NCBI GenBank assembly: GCA_022813965.1
Contig: JALDZS010000032.1
Coordinates: 62,001-126,000, forward strand
Length of the DNA stretch: 64,000 bases
Direction: 5' to 3'
Source of the DNA: Toensbergia leucococca
Taxonomy: Eukaryota
The notes under the pieces were generated by a model. It ran no database searches. It saw only the letters and a program-made list of their open reading frames with translations, and was not told where the DNA came from. Below, in pieces: positions 50,971 to 64,000 of the stretch. Within the stretch, counting starts at the first letter, position 1. The number at the start of each line of letters is the position of its first letter. The position numbers and the translations under genes are program-made.

Positions 50971-53900
50971 ATGGCGGAGGAGGTGAAGATCGATAAGCAG
51001 GCATTCCAGGACCGCCTGTCACATTTCATTTCAGCATGGAAAGCCGACAAGCGTTCCGGCGACGCGTTGTTCGGCGGCGCTGGATCTATAGTAATACTCA
51101 TGGGCAAAACAGAGGAGTCCACCACATTTCAGAAGAATAATGCTATGCATGTCAGTATTATCCTTTCTCTTCTCTGTTCACCCCTACGTCGCTTGCTGAT
51201 ACAAGGGCGAACAGTTCTGGCTCCTTGGATACGAGTTTCCAGCCACACTACTTGTTTTCACCACTGAGGCACTCTATATCGTTACTACTGCAAAGAAAGG
51301 TACTTGCGCAAACATCAAGATTGCATCTGCCGTGTTGATACTGTGCGCCCAATAGCAAAGCATCTCGAACCTCTCAAAGGTGGTAAAATTCCTATCGAGA
51401 TTCTTGTTAAAGGTAAAGATGCAGAGCAAACTGCCAAACACTGGGAGAAATGCCTGGACTTGATAAAAGGCGCAGGAGTATTATACATGCCACCTTCGAC
51501 ATGGAAAATATGGCTAATACACAATTAGAAAAAAGTGGGTGTCATTGCAAAGGACAGCTCAGCTGGTCCCTTCGCGGATGAATGGAAGAGCGCCTACGGC
51601 GACATCTCAAAAGAGGTAGAGGAGATCGATATCACCATGGCTCTCTCAGCCGCGGCATTGGCAATAAAAGATGAAAATGAACTTGTGAGTGTCTCTAAAT
51701 TACAATCATCGCAGGACATGGATTTAATGAGACTGACAACATCCAGCGGTCTATACGCAATGCGTCGAAAGCCTGTTCCGGGCTGATGGCCGAATTCTTC
51801 GTTGAAGAAATGTCAGAGATCCTCGACGAAGAGAAGAAAGTGACGCACAAGCAGCTGGCAGACAAGATTGACCAAAAGATTGATGAGCCGAAATTCTTCC
51901 AAGGTCTCAAATCTAAAATACCGAGCGATTTCGATTCCAGCCAGCTTGATTGGATTTACGGACCTTTGATACAGAGCGGAGGCAGCTACGACTTGAAGCT
52001 GACGGCTCAACCTGATACCAATAATCTACATGCTGGGACGATCATTGCCGGGATGGGTCTCCGATACAAAAGCTATTGTTCGATGATTGCTCGTACATAT
52101 CTGGTAGATCCAAATGACTCGCAGGAGAGCAATTACAAGCTATTATTGAGTATTCACGATGCTGTCCTCAAAGATGCTCGAGATGGCGTAGCAGTCAAAG
52201 ATCTGTATAGCAAAGCCCTCACCATAATCAAATCCAAGAAGCCAGAACTAGAAAAACATTTCTTGAAGAATGTTGGCGGGGGTATTGGAATTGAGACTCG
52301 AGATAGTACTTTGACGCTGAACTCGAAGAGTACCAGAACTCTCAAGGATGGGATGACACTCTGTATTATGACTGGCTTTACCGATATTCAGAACCCACAG
52401 CCTCAGGATAAACAAAGCAAGACGTACTCTCTCCTGATTTCAGACACCATCCGAATCAGAGCTAACCAGGATCCTGTGATTTTCACCAGCTCTGCGCCAT
52501 CAGATCTCGGTTCGACGTCATTTTTCTTCAAAGATGATGAGGAAGAAGAGCCAGCACCCAAAACCAAGACTAAAAAAGACTCCAAAGTCGGTGCTGTGGC
52601 TGCAAGCAACATTACTAAGACAAAGCTCCGTGCTGAACGAGCCACGCAGGTAGATGAAGGTGCTGAGTCTAGGCGCCGAGAACATCAGAAGGAACTTGCC
52701 CAAAAAAAGCAACAAGAAGGTCTTGAGCGGTATAGCGAAGCTACTGGTGACCAGAATGGGGTCACTCAGAAAAAATTTAAGAGGTTTGAGTCTTATAAGC
52801 GGGAAAATCAATTCCCTTCTCGTGTCAAAGATCTTGTGATCGTGATTGATGTGAAAGCATCAACGATAGTACTGCCCATCATGGGTCGGCCTGTTCCCTT
52901 CCACATCAACACAATCAAAAATGCCAGCAAGAGCGATGAAGGCGAATTCGCGTACCTTCGAATCAACTTTCTGTCTCCTGGACAAGGTGTCGGTAGAAAG
53001 GATGACCAGCCTTTCGAGGACGCTACTGCGCATTTTGTAAGAAGTCTTACATTCAGATCCAGGGACGCCGATAGAATGCAAGATATTTCACAGCAGATCA
53101 CCGAGCTAAGGAAAAATGCTGTCCGCCGAGAGCAAGAGAAGAAGGAGATGGAGGACGTGGTAGAGCAAGACAAGCTCAGTGAGATCAGAAGTAAGTTCTT
53201 CGAGCTTTGCTAGACTTTCACATACTAAAGCGTCTTAGATCGTAAGCCGCACCGTCTTGAGAACGTTTTTGTGCGCCCTGCTATGGATGGCAAACGTATC
53301 TCTGGCGAAGTCGAGATCCATCAGAACGGTCTCCGATATCGTGACCACCGGAATAGCAATATCGATATTTTATTCAGCAACGTCAAGCATCTCTTCTTTC
53401 AACCCTGCGCACACGAGCTGATTGTCATCATACACGTACATCTCAAGACTCCCATCATTATAGGAAAGAAGAAGTCCAAAGATGTTCAATTCTATCGTGA
53501 GGCTACCGACATGCAGTTTGACGAGACCGGAAATCGCAAACGGAAACATCGATTTGGTGACGAAGAAGAATTTGAGCAAGAACAGGCCGAAAGGAGGCGG
53601 AGAGCGCTATTGGACAAGGAGTTCAAGCTCTTTGCAGATAAAGTGACCGATGCTGGCAAGGAAGATGGCGTGGGAGTTGATATACCTTTCCGTGACCTTG
53701 GCTTCAACGGTGTACCGAACAGATCGAATGTCCTCTGCCAGCCCTCCACCGATTGTCTCGTGCAATTGACCGAACCCCCATTCACTGTTGTTACTCTGGA
53801 GGAGATTGAAATTGCCCATCTGGAACGAGTACAATTCGGCCTAAAGAACTTCGACATGGTCTTTGTCTTCAAAGATTTCCACCGCCCACCAGTCCATATC

Positions 53901-54329
53901 AACACGATTCCCGTCGAGAGCCTAGAATCAGTCAAGGACTGGCTCGACTCGGTCAACATCCCCTACAGCGAAGGCCCCCTGAATCTGAACTGGGGAACCA
54001 TCATGAAAACCGTCACGGCAGATCCGCATCACTTCTTCGTTGAAGGCGGATGGGTTTTTCTGTCCACGGAATCCGACGACGAAGACGCCGACGAAGAGGA
54101 GGAAGAGTCGGCGTTTGAGATGTCGGACTCTGATCTCGCCGCTTCGGAGGAGTCGTCCGAGGCGGACTCGGAGTTTGATGATGATGCGTCGGCGGATGAG
54201 GGAGAAGCGAGTCTGGATGACGACAGTGGCGGGGAGGATTGGGATGAGTTGGAAAAGAAGGCGAAGAAGAAGGATAGAGAAGGCGGGTTGGAGGATGAAG
54301 AGGAGACGAGCAAGAAACGGAAGCGGTAG
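50971..54329 (+). CDS. SPT16: FACT complex subunit Spt16, multi-exon
   Basis: [103 protein letters not shown]; acidic tail. Confidence 0.98.
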
Positions 54330-54896
54330 TGGACCGGGTTTTGAGCTGGTATTACGATAGGGGGAATCATATCTATTCATGTATCTCAGATTGGATTCTG
54401 CGAGCCTGTGTGAGCGCTCCCAGGCATCATAGTGAGCTTGATCAATGCATCACATCTCAGTAGAAGTGGGTGGGCGTGATATTCCCAAATATGGCGAAAT
54501 ATGGAGAAAGTTTTACAAGCCCCGAGGAGATGCAAGTCATCAATTCCATATGTATTATTATTTTCCTGTCCCAGATATGATTGAGACCGGTGCAGTAAAG
54601 AGTTCAAAACTCCCATGTATGATCAATTGACGTGTCTTCAAGCAAACTTCCTCATCATCTCCACCCAAAAGTAAAAAGTAAACAGTATACAATATACGAA
54701 ACAGAACCCCCGCTCAACCCTTTCGCATAATACGTCTGCGCAATAGGTGCAAGAATCCAAAACCTAGAAACTCCCAAAACGCGCTCGCCAACATCATCTT
54801 ATAGTCCCCTGGGCCAAGATAGGGGTCTCGATCCCCCCCCCCCACCAAAAAAAAGAGAAATAGGTGGAACTGATCTACGAGAAATCGGAGACAATT

Positions 54897-56109
54897 TTAG
54901 TATTGCTGGCGCATGGATTGGTAGACCGAGTTCATGCGGATCATTTGATCGGGGGTGAAGGAGGTGTAGCTACTTTGAGCATTAGCGATGAGCTGGGGGA
55001 TTGGGGATAGAAAGGGCATGATTGGATGGATGATTCGGGTAGCAACGACTCACCAAGCATCGGCTGAGTAATCCATATAATTATGGATGGGGTCCAAGCC
55101 CGGATCGCTCAGACAGCTATCCTTGCCAGCGGGACACCCATTCGTACTCGTGCTCTCCTGCGGAGTATCGGCGATGAAGTCGCCCGTGCTGCTCGGATCG
55201 CACGTGTTGCCCTCAAAGGGATGATAAAGCCCGAACCAATGGCCGACCTCATGCACCGTCGTCTTTCCCTCGTTATACCCATCCTCGGCCCCATTCGGCA
55301 TCGTGCTTGCCAGAATGTTGCACCCGTCAGATGTGTACTCGTCGGGCGGGTAAGCGATGGGCGCGCAACTGCGGCAGGCCTGGTAGGTGACGGATTCGGG
55401 CAGGGAGCAGTAGCCCAGGATAGTGGTGGCGGGGGAGTTGGACAGGGAGCCTGCGGGGACGGTGGAAAGAGAGGTTTGGAAGTAGACGTTCAAGGTGGAG
55501 TAGGAGCCGCGGTGGAGGGCGGCCTTCATGTCGGCGTCGGCAGAGTCGGTAGCCCAAGTGTCGTTGATGGTGAAGGTGTAGGGTTGGATGTCGAAGGTGA
55601 TGTTTGCGGGGGCGTAGGCGGCGTTAAGGACGCCACTCTAGGAGTGGAGTCAGAATCGAGAGGGGGAAGAAATAAAGGCTGCAGGAGTGGAGAGAGGAGA
55701 TGAGGAAGGAGAGGGAGCAATAGAGATGAACAGGGAGAACAAGAGATTCAACCGAAACCAGTTGAACACCCAGAACTTGTAGCAACAGGAAAGGAAATAA
55801 CACAGAAATAAAAGCTATAGCAGGGTCCAAACTGACTTGATTGGCAATGATTTCAGCAAGCAAACTGTTATCGTAAGAGCTGGCCTGGGCCTCGGTGCTG
55901 ACAAAATGAAAGAATGTTTCAACGACGAGTTCTTGGCTCTTGGCCGCCTTGCGCGCATAGAGGCTATGGTTTCTACCATCATAGAGCGCCTGATGGAGGC
56001 TGTTGAGGCTTTCGGTGAGGGGCCCGGTGCCGCAGATTCTCTGGGAGATGTTCTGGGCCTGGGCGCCGGTGCAGAGAAGGAGCACGAGGGACGCTAAGGA
56101 TGAGAGCAT
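54897..56109 (-). CDS. Secreted M43 (pappalysin/ulilysin-like) zinc metalloprotease
   Basis: Signal peptide, Cys-switch RICGT, MKAALHRGSYSTLNVYF, HEVGHWFGLYHPF, Met-turn PIHNYMDYS, last exon YTSFTPDQMIRM. Two introns. Confidence 0.93.
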
Positions 56110-56524
56110 GGTCGCTTTGGGCAATAGTGTGGAATGATTGGATATGTCTTGGATTAGATATATATTTGGATTGGAATGGATGCTTGGAATGTGCTCTTAA
56201 ACCTCTCGGATTTCGATAGATTAAATACTCTTCCTCATCCCCAGATGGCAGTCGCAGTGGTGTCAGTGGCTTTACTCAGATGGCAGCTACCATGAAGTCA
56301 GCGGGGCCCAAGTCTATGCCCCATAGACCGCGAGGACGCATGCGGACTTTGGAAAACAAAGCCAATCATCTCCATCGAGCGACAGTGATGATCACGTGTA
56401 CGGGACGAAAGAGAGGAGTACTGCAACGTTAATTGGAATCAAAGACTACAAAGGACCTACGAACGCCCACTCCTTTTAACTCCCAGCTTGATGGACACTC
56501 AAATGACCGCCTAATCCTTCTTAC

Positions 56525-58120
56525 TCATGCTGCATCAGTTCCAGGCCTTGAGATCCCAGTGGCAGTCGCTGTGCTGCGCTGATCGGTGTTCCAGGTCAAA
56601 TATGTGTGATCCCCAAGTTTCCTAAAAAATTATTATTTAGTTTTGCATTGACAACCAATATCACCGGATTGACATACCTTGGCTTGACGAGATGCGTCAC
56701 TGTAAACAATGCCCCGAGTACAATGCATATACCTCCGACCACAATATATGCAATACCAAGGAATGGGTTCCTTCCTCCCATGACAGTCCGAGTAGAAATA
56801 ACAATTGACTTAGTGCCTCCATACTCCGTAACCGGGAAATCTGCAAGACATCACTCAGTATCAAATCACTGAATATGCCTTCATCACTTACTCATCACAA
56901 CATCCACTTGGTACATCCCGCTGGCCATAGTCTGGTTATCATTCCTCAACGCCAATTTGCTGAAATCGGGGAGAGCAGCAGTCCTCATCCAAACTTGAAA
57001 TTCCTCGTATTCCTCTAGATTTGGGTAGGGGTGCTCCTCAGTGTAGCCATTCGGCCATCTTACGACCCAATTGGGCGGCACCGCCACCTCGCTTAAGTTG
57101 TACTTTGTAGGACCATACAGCTTCTTGTCGCTGCCCCAAGAAATTCCTTGGTTTGTCATAGGATATGTTTGGTTGAATGCACTCTCATCAACGACATTAA
57201 GCAGGATCGGGCTGCTAAATGTATCATTGAACAGCGAATTTGCGATGAGACCGCAAGGGTAGTAGCTCTTATTGTTGTGGTCTAGTCGTAGAGGATCGCA
57301 GGATCCACCACTGATAGTAGAGTTTGGTACTGCAGTACCTGACAACTGATCTGTGTCTAAAGACTTGACATATCGACGATGATTTTGATAAAAGTTGGTC
57401 AGGCGATAGTAAAAAAGAACAGGTGGTCCAATGTCGTCAGGAATGCCAAATCGCAAAGAGCAGACAGGAGAGGAGATGTTCTCAGCTCCTACTCCATAAC
57501 TAACGAGGGTCGTGTTTTGTTTCCACATTGGGACGTTGCTATTCGTGCTATTGGAGGACTTGAAGTATGACGTTACTTTATCGGATGGTATTGTGGCAAA
57601 GGCGCTGTCGGCGTCGCCTATGGGCGCAGTATTGAGGCATTCTGAATAGTCGATTACTATCTCTTGTACCTTAACGAGCACACATTAGCAACATATCCCA
57701 ATTTTCAGTCCTAGCTTGATAGCCAGGATACTCGGGTCTGCTGACCAGGGCACTAGCGTATAGAAGAAGGCCCCCAATAGGAGCGAAGATGATGCCAATG
57801 GAAAAGAATAACGGCAGCACGGTCTTGGGGGTAAGGATGGGTCTAGTCAATGAGATTTCAGCAAACACATCTCGTAAGCTGGGCCCGAACCCGAACGGAG
57901 AGGGGAGCCCACTGCCATGCTTTCAGTCTTTGTTGACGGAAAGCGGTATCTGTTGGTTCATACAGTAGACTATCAGCTTCCAGGTGAACGACAGAAATCT
58001 ATCCCAGGTGTGCCGGGTCGCAGTCTTACTTGCGGGTCTCCTGCTCTTCGCCTTCTTCTCCACATTATCGGGCTCCTGACTCTGGATTGAGTCTACATGG
58101 GCAGCTTGAGTCTGTGACAT
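56525..58120 (-). CDS. CDC50: Cdc50/Lem3-family P4-ATPase (flippase) beta subunit, multi-exon
   Basis: [98 protein letters not shown]. Confidence 0.96.
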
Positions 58121-58906
58121 ATCCGAGAGTGCCTTCACATGGGCTTCCTCGTTGTGGGTTATGAAGACAAAAGTGGCCTGAAGCTTCCGTCGTGTGCTGT
58201 GATAAGGCTGAGCACATAATCTGCAATTACAATACACATGTGAACTACCGTAGTGACGTTACAAAAAGCAGCAGCACGCGAGTGGCGCCACCACCTAACA
58301 TTGACGTGTCACAACCGAAGTCACAGCGTCGAAGGTGCAACATCGGAATCATTTAGTTCACCACAAACAATCTACAGTCAATTATATGAACACATTGTTG
58401 ATGGTTTATTATTAGTTACTATCTGCCTCATCCCACTTGAAGTGGAGATAAGCACAGCCACAGTGACCATGCAAAGTACACGTTCTCATATTTGCATACA
58501 TCAGCCATAAGATCCAGTCGGTTCCTCTTCAACATAGATACATGGTCTTGGTCGTAATTAGATATGAAACCATCCGAAAACACCAGAGTAGTGGAGTTGG
58601 TATATGTGAGAGATCCCGTAAAGCCTACTACGACAACAAGTAAATGCGGACATGGAACACCAAGACTTATGCTGCTAATCCTACCAGGTATGAAATGAGG
58701 AGTGAAATACCATTCCATGCTATCAGTGAAAAAGAAAGTACGCCGTATACCAACCAGCCTGCTGGTTTCGTGTCAAAGCGTAGATGTCGTAGTCGTGAGA
58801 CAGTCTTGGGAAGAAGATGGGGGTGTAGGGGTAAAGCTCATTTGGAAACGCAGGTCGTGACGTTCGTAAAGGTCAACAGATATCAGGTAGATTAGGTGCA
58901 TGGTCT

Positions 58907-60076
58907 TTAGAGGTTTTGCTCAAAGTGACCTTTGTTGAACCAACCAACTTTATCGTAGGCACTCCAGAGTTTGCTGGCTTTGTTGACGTCGATTTTGCAA
59001 GCCTGCTGAGCATCTGTCTTTCTGAATTCCTTGCCGATTCTCAACGTGTTCAGGCGGCCCTCAAAGATCCGCCGCTTACTGCAGAGATATGTCGCGCAAG
59101 TCAGACGTAAGGTACTTGCGAGGTTAATTTCGGCTTCGTGGAGCATATGGCGGTCAGGATCATTTGCGAGGTTGAGCGGATTGTTACTGCCCCAATCCGC
59201 CTTCAAGCACTTTGGGTTGCCCTTCGGTAAAGTCGACGTAGGTGGAGCATAGTCGGGAAGAGCGCCATAGTCAACGTCTTCAGGACGCTTCGTACCAGGT
59301 AATTTTAGCTCGGGCGTCGAAGAATTTCCATCGACAGGATAAGCAAGTAGCTTAATTACTGGTGAGTGTTTTGGTGTACGTTTAGCCCGGATGATCGGTT
59401 TCGCTGCTGGAGCAGCTCTAATAGCTTTTTTGGGTTGCTTTGGTATTGGCGCTGGTGCGATGTTGATGTGAGACGACGCTTTACTGCCTGGTTTGGCACA
59501 GATACGCTTGGCTTGCCAATACTGTTCTTCTGTCTCTTCGCGAACCCTCTTCATGTATGCACCTGGGTTCCGGTTGTAACTTTGCCCAATGTTGGGAACA
59601 CAGGACAGGGCCAACAGATACTCCTCACGTGTAGGTCTGTTGAATTTCTTGTCGAACCGACTCATATGGGAAGCCATATGTTGCGAAACAATCTCCTCGA
59701 CACTAGCCAGCGATGGCTCCACTGGGAACAGAGGTTGATCCGACGCAACCTCCACATGAGATTCACTGTTCGGGTACAGTACCGGATCCCGCGTGACTAT
59801 AGCCTCCTGTTTTTCCTCCGCTACTTCATTGAGAGGGTGGTCTGCTTTCTTCCGATTGTGTGCCCATGGCGATACAGGTGGAGATGGTAGAATTCTCATT
59901 GAGATGGATTTCGGAGATTGACAGTCAGATATGGGAGGTAGAGTGTTGTCCGGGGTGAAGGATGTTTGATGCGTCACAAATGTTGGATTGGCTGAGCTAA
60001 TCGTAGGACTGAAGTGGTCGTGAGGTTTGGCCTCAGGAGGAGACATGAGGCTTGAGATGGGTGGCAATCGTGACAT
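58907..60076 (-). CDS. FUN19: SWIRM-domain protein (Fun19-like), single exon
   Basis: 389-aa ORF with LHEAEINLASTLRLTCATYLCSKRRIF...FRKTDAQQACKIDVNKASKLWSAYDKVGWF. Confidence 0.92.
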   Translation of the reverse strand: MSRLPPISSLMSPPEAKPHDHFSPTISSANPTFVTHQTSFTPDNTLPPISDCQSPKSISMRILPSPPVSPWAHNRKKADHPLNEVAEEKQEAIVTRDPVLYPNSESHVEVASDQPLFPVEPSLASVEEIVSQHMASHMSRFDKKFNRPTREEYLLALSCVPNIGQSYNRNPGAYMKRVREETEEQYWQAKRICAKPGSKASSHINIAPAPIPKQPKKAIRAAPAAKPIIRAKRTPKHSPVIKLLAYPVDGNSSTPELKLPGTKRPEDVDYGALPDYAPPTSTLPKGNPKCLKADWGSNNPLNLANDPDRHMLHEAEINLASTLRLTCATYLCSKRRIFEGRLNTLRIGKEFRKTDAQQACKIDVNKASKLWSAYDKVGWFNKGHFEQNL

Positions 60077-63000
60077 GCCTGGCGAATTGTGGGGTTTGAC
60101 GATGATGGCGATGGTTGTAGATGAGGATGTGTGTAGAGAAATATATGCGAAGAGTCGATTGTATCGATAGAAATCGAAGTCAATGGAATGAAGTGGCTCT
60201 CAATTGGATTTGTAAGTAGTGGATTGCAGAGGGTGCAGAGAGCGACGATGTTGGCGTTTGAAAGGATGCAACAGGATGTTAGAATCTTGTCGCTCTAGAT
60301 GAACTTTAGCGATTGATTGGCTTTGTTTTGTAAGGTGTTGACTCTGCGCAGCAGATTGTGGCGATCAAGGGGAAGGGTACAGTATGATGAGAGGTTGGTG
60401 TGAGCGATGTGCGGAAAGGAGGAACAAATATGGGGCCCTTTTGGAATTAAATGGGCGTCGAGAGAAGAGTGAATAGCGTAGGCAACAGGAATGATTCATA
60501 GCAGCCGACTGATGACTATGGGAATGGAACAATTAGCAATGAGGCAAGGCAAGGCAAGGCATAAAGGAATGGTAAGCGCGCAACGAGTGGGTGTCAGCTG
60601 GGCATTGTCATCAATTTGGGGGGTCAGTCGGTCAATGGGATCCTATTCATCGATGATTGGTCAATTGACTGAATGCCACGCGGGTCATGTTGGCGGAAGG
60701 ATCACAATTGGTTTTCAGTCACGGTGAATATGGAACGAGTCGTCCACGTAATCGCAAAGAATAGAAGAGATCGAAAGCGAGTGGATGACTCAGTTGAAAG
60801 CCAGGCAGAAATGGAATAATAATGGGGACTAGCGCCGGAGATGAGCAGCCTGCTCGGCCGAAAAAAGGCCCTGCGCCACAAAGTATTACTGTTACAAGTA
60901 CGAATCTCTTCGCTGTTCCTGCTTGATTCTATTTCTTCGCATCGCTCGGGCGCACTCAATAGGATTAACTCCGTACACTGTGACTGACTCCAATGCTTTG
61001 ATAGCGACACCATCACATGCAATTGCTATGATCGGGCTCCTGTGCATCCATTACAAGAGTCATCTGCTTCGCTAACCAGAGACAGCCACCATGATCAAAG
61101 TCACAATCCTGCTACACAAGACACACCAACTTCTCAAACATGTCCCACACTTCTCAATTGTCCGATTCTCATGCTCTATGCTTTGATCCATGATCGGTTT
61201 GTTCCAATTAGGTTTTGTGCTTGTTTAACTTGGCATGCGTCTAGTCATGTCTAGTCTGTCTACCTACTTAGCCTTGAGATTCGCCAATCCGCCACCTCAG
61301 CCCTGCTATCTACATCAATGCTTGAGTGCCATATCATTCTCTAGCAAGCTTGAACATTGGAATTAAATAGGAGACCAGACCAGCTTATTATTTCCCCGAG
61401 TCCCAAACAGATAGGTAAGCTTGGTAGATCCAGCTGACTTACTCTCTTAATCCGATTTCGAACACGCTTGTGCACAAGATGTCATCAAGATTACAGCTCA
61501 CCTACCTTCTACTAGCCAATCTGCAAGCTGTCAACATGTAAGCACTCAAATAGATAGGACTCGAGGAAAGTTAAGCTAGATTTGAGATTTCTAAGGGACT
61601 GATACCATCACCTCAACCCAGAAAGTACTCTAATCCCATCACTACAAGTGCTAATTACCACTGATATCTAAGGTATTGTATCACGAGTGGCAATAGTACT
61701 CGAGGGACTGTCTGTCAATCCTCATTAGGCGTGTGCAGCGTTTCATGTCATTCAACGCCTCTAATCTCCGATACTCCCGATGTTCTACCAAGGAACCCAT
61801 AGCAGGCAGTATAATGAATTCTTAACTGTTCTGTTTCCGTTCCTCCCAACCTTGCCGCTGGACTTAGGGACCAGATCAGTATCCAATTAGTACAGCTCAA
61901 TTCCTTTGACGTAGTTGTAACTACACTTGCTGCAATGGTCAGGTTTTATCGCTCATTAATCCCATGTATTCGCTGAACATTGACGTCAAACTTCTATGTT
62001 TCGATCCAAAGCAATCAATTGTGGTATGCAAAGGCCATAAAGCGTATTCCAAGAGCACAGTTGGGAAGAAGGTAAATGATTCTAGAAGCGTTATCATAGA
62101 TATACATAGAGTCATAGACTACTTCAGTTCTCTGAGAGCGTGCATCAAGTCGAAAAGTAGGACTGACAATGAAAAGGATGATCGAGGAGCTTTTGCCACC
62201 CATGTTCCAGAGGATTGAGCCATTGAGACGAGGTATTTCATACACGCTGGATGTATGCCGCCATGAGAGTGAGTAATGTTCCATCAAGGAGTCCATCGAT
62301 AAATTCGGGCTTTTAATTTCGTGATCGGATAGCCATACAAGTAGTCCCACGCGGTATCCATTATTTAATTGATCACCAGACACGTCTTTGGCGCAAGGCC
62401 TTCGGCGCCTGAGTCCATATGGATGAGAGAGCTTCGAGAGAAAAGTACCTCCTGAGTCAAGTTATCAAATTCCTAGAAAACACTTTCAATTGTTCAGCAT
62501 TGGCCTCTGAATATGCCGTAGGTGTGTTGATAGGGTTGATCATGAAGGATGGTATATGGTCTGAGGTGCAGTGTTGCCTCTGTTGATGATATTGAGTTCT
62601 TGTAGACCCGCTGTGGGAAATCCTAGATCCGTCTGCACAGGATTGACAGTGGTACGTGAGGTATCCCAAACAATGCCATGCTCTATAAAGCAACCAGACT
62701 CTTCACTGCCTTAGAACATGCACAGATGGTCAGATCCTTTGCAGGAAGGATAAATCATAGCTCGTTTGTGGCACAGATATGGCAAAGCCGCTCCACACGG
62801 GATTATTGTCAATCGGTAGCAGCGTCCAAATCTTGACAAAATGTACTCCAGCATTGTCAGAAAGGTATGAGCCTGATTGCCTGAAATGGTACGGAGCGAG
62901 AAAATTGTATCTTGGGCTCCTATGGCTGGCATTGTCGGAAGCAACATTGAGCAAGGGGGAATTTGAATCTAGTCTTTGACAAGAACGCGCATCAGTAAGT

Positions 63001-64000
63001 TTCAAACACACCTCAATGCCCCAAAAATGACTCGCCGAATCAAAAGGGCACAGAAATTGAGATTGTCATATTTCAGCTGCGTGCGATTTCGCCACCACCA
63101 TTAAGTAGCCCCCAACTGCATCTTGTCGTCTGCTGATGATAGACGATTGATTATCGTCAAGGAGATTGCATCATGGGCGCAGAGAAAGGAAAGCAGTAAC
63201 ACATTCTCCTATCGGAGCTGTCTTCTTCACAAGTGCCTCTTGTCTCTCAACTCACTATCAATATTAAGGACGATGGGGATGTTTAATTCAGACATAATTG
63301 TACCGAGAAAGTAGAAATAAGGCCAAGGTACCTTGCTCGTGCACGTTCATTTTGTTTGGGGAAGGAATACATTGGGGTGATGATCGAGGACCTGATCAAT
63401 CAAGCACCTCGGCCTTGCATCGCTCTTCAAGCCAAGCCTCTGACAGTGGATAGATAGGTATATGTACTAGGCAGGTAGGGCTCGGAGCAAGAAATAGATG
63501 GGGCCACCTTTGATCTCGCATTTGCATAGCTTGGCTATTTAGGTACTCGTGGTTTTAGAAACTAGTCGCTCTGATGGTAAAGGATATTGAAAGTCTCCTC
63601 CCTGTTAACCTTTTGAAAGAAGGTACGAACATAGAAAGATTACAGGACATCCCGTATCCTCCATGACCTCCACGTTCCGTATGCTGAGGCAGTTGGATCA
63701 TATATGATTACACCACAACAGTCAGCACTCAAGTAAACAAAGAATCATCAAGTCACGAGCCTGACCTGAGTCAGATTTCAAAATTTCTATTCTTTCTGTA
63801 CCTGTGGAGTTATGACATGGCCGTGAACACATCAAGCGTACACGATTACCACCATTACCGGGGCAAATGCTATGCAAGGCGGCTGTCAAGAATAAACCTG
63901 CGCTTTTCGTAGAACCAAGATTGCCGTCAATGCTGGAGAGTGCGTTATGCGACGTTTAGCAAGAAAAGCGATCATACAAGAAGTGAAGATCCTGGCCAAT

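Overview
Eukaryotic, intron-rich fungal DNA (filamentous ascomycete, Pezizomycotina-type genes with short GT-AG introns and CTRAY branch sites). The left block (1-14.2 kb) holds conserved genes: Hook adaptor, HEM13, ATG8, an NCE101 microprotein absent from the ORF track, an MFS transporter, the GTP/GDP carrier GGC1 and a hypothetical protein. The right block (42.4-60.1 kb) holds a bZIP factor, a secreted Cys-rich protein, a mitochondrial carrier, SPT16, an M43 metalloprotease, CDC50 and a SWIRM/Fun19-like protein. Between them lies a ~28 kb island with no intact recognisable gene. It contains decayed spliced coding remnants (AT-hook, Cys-rich motif, possible DExH helicase) and at least seven families of local direct repeats. 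It may be a decayed giant element or accessory region, but I found no transposase, recombinase or termini. I recognised no rRNA, tRNA or CRISPR. All family calls come from reading motifs by eye, not from database searches.
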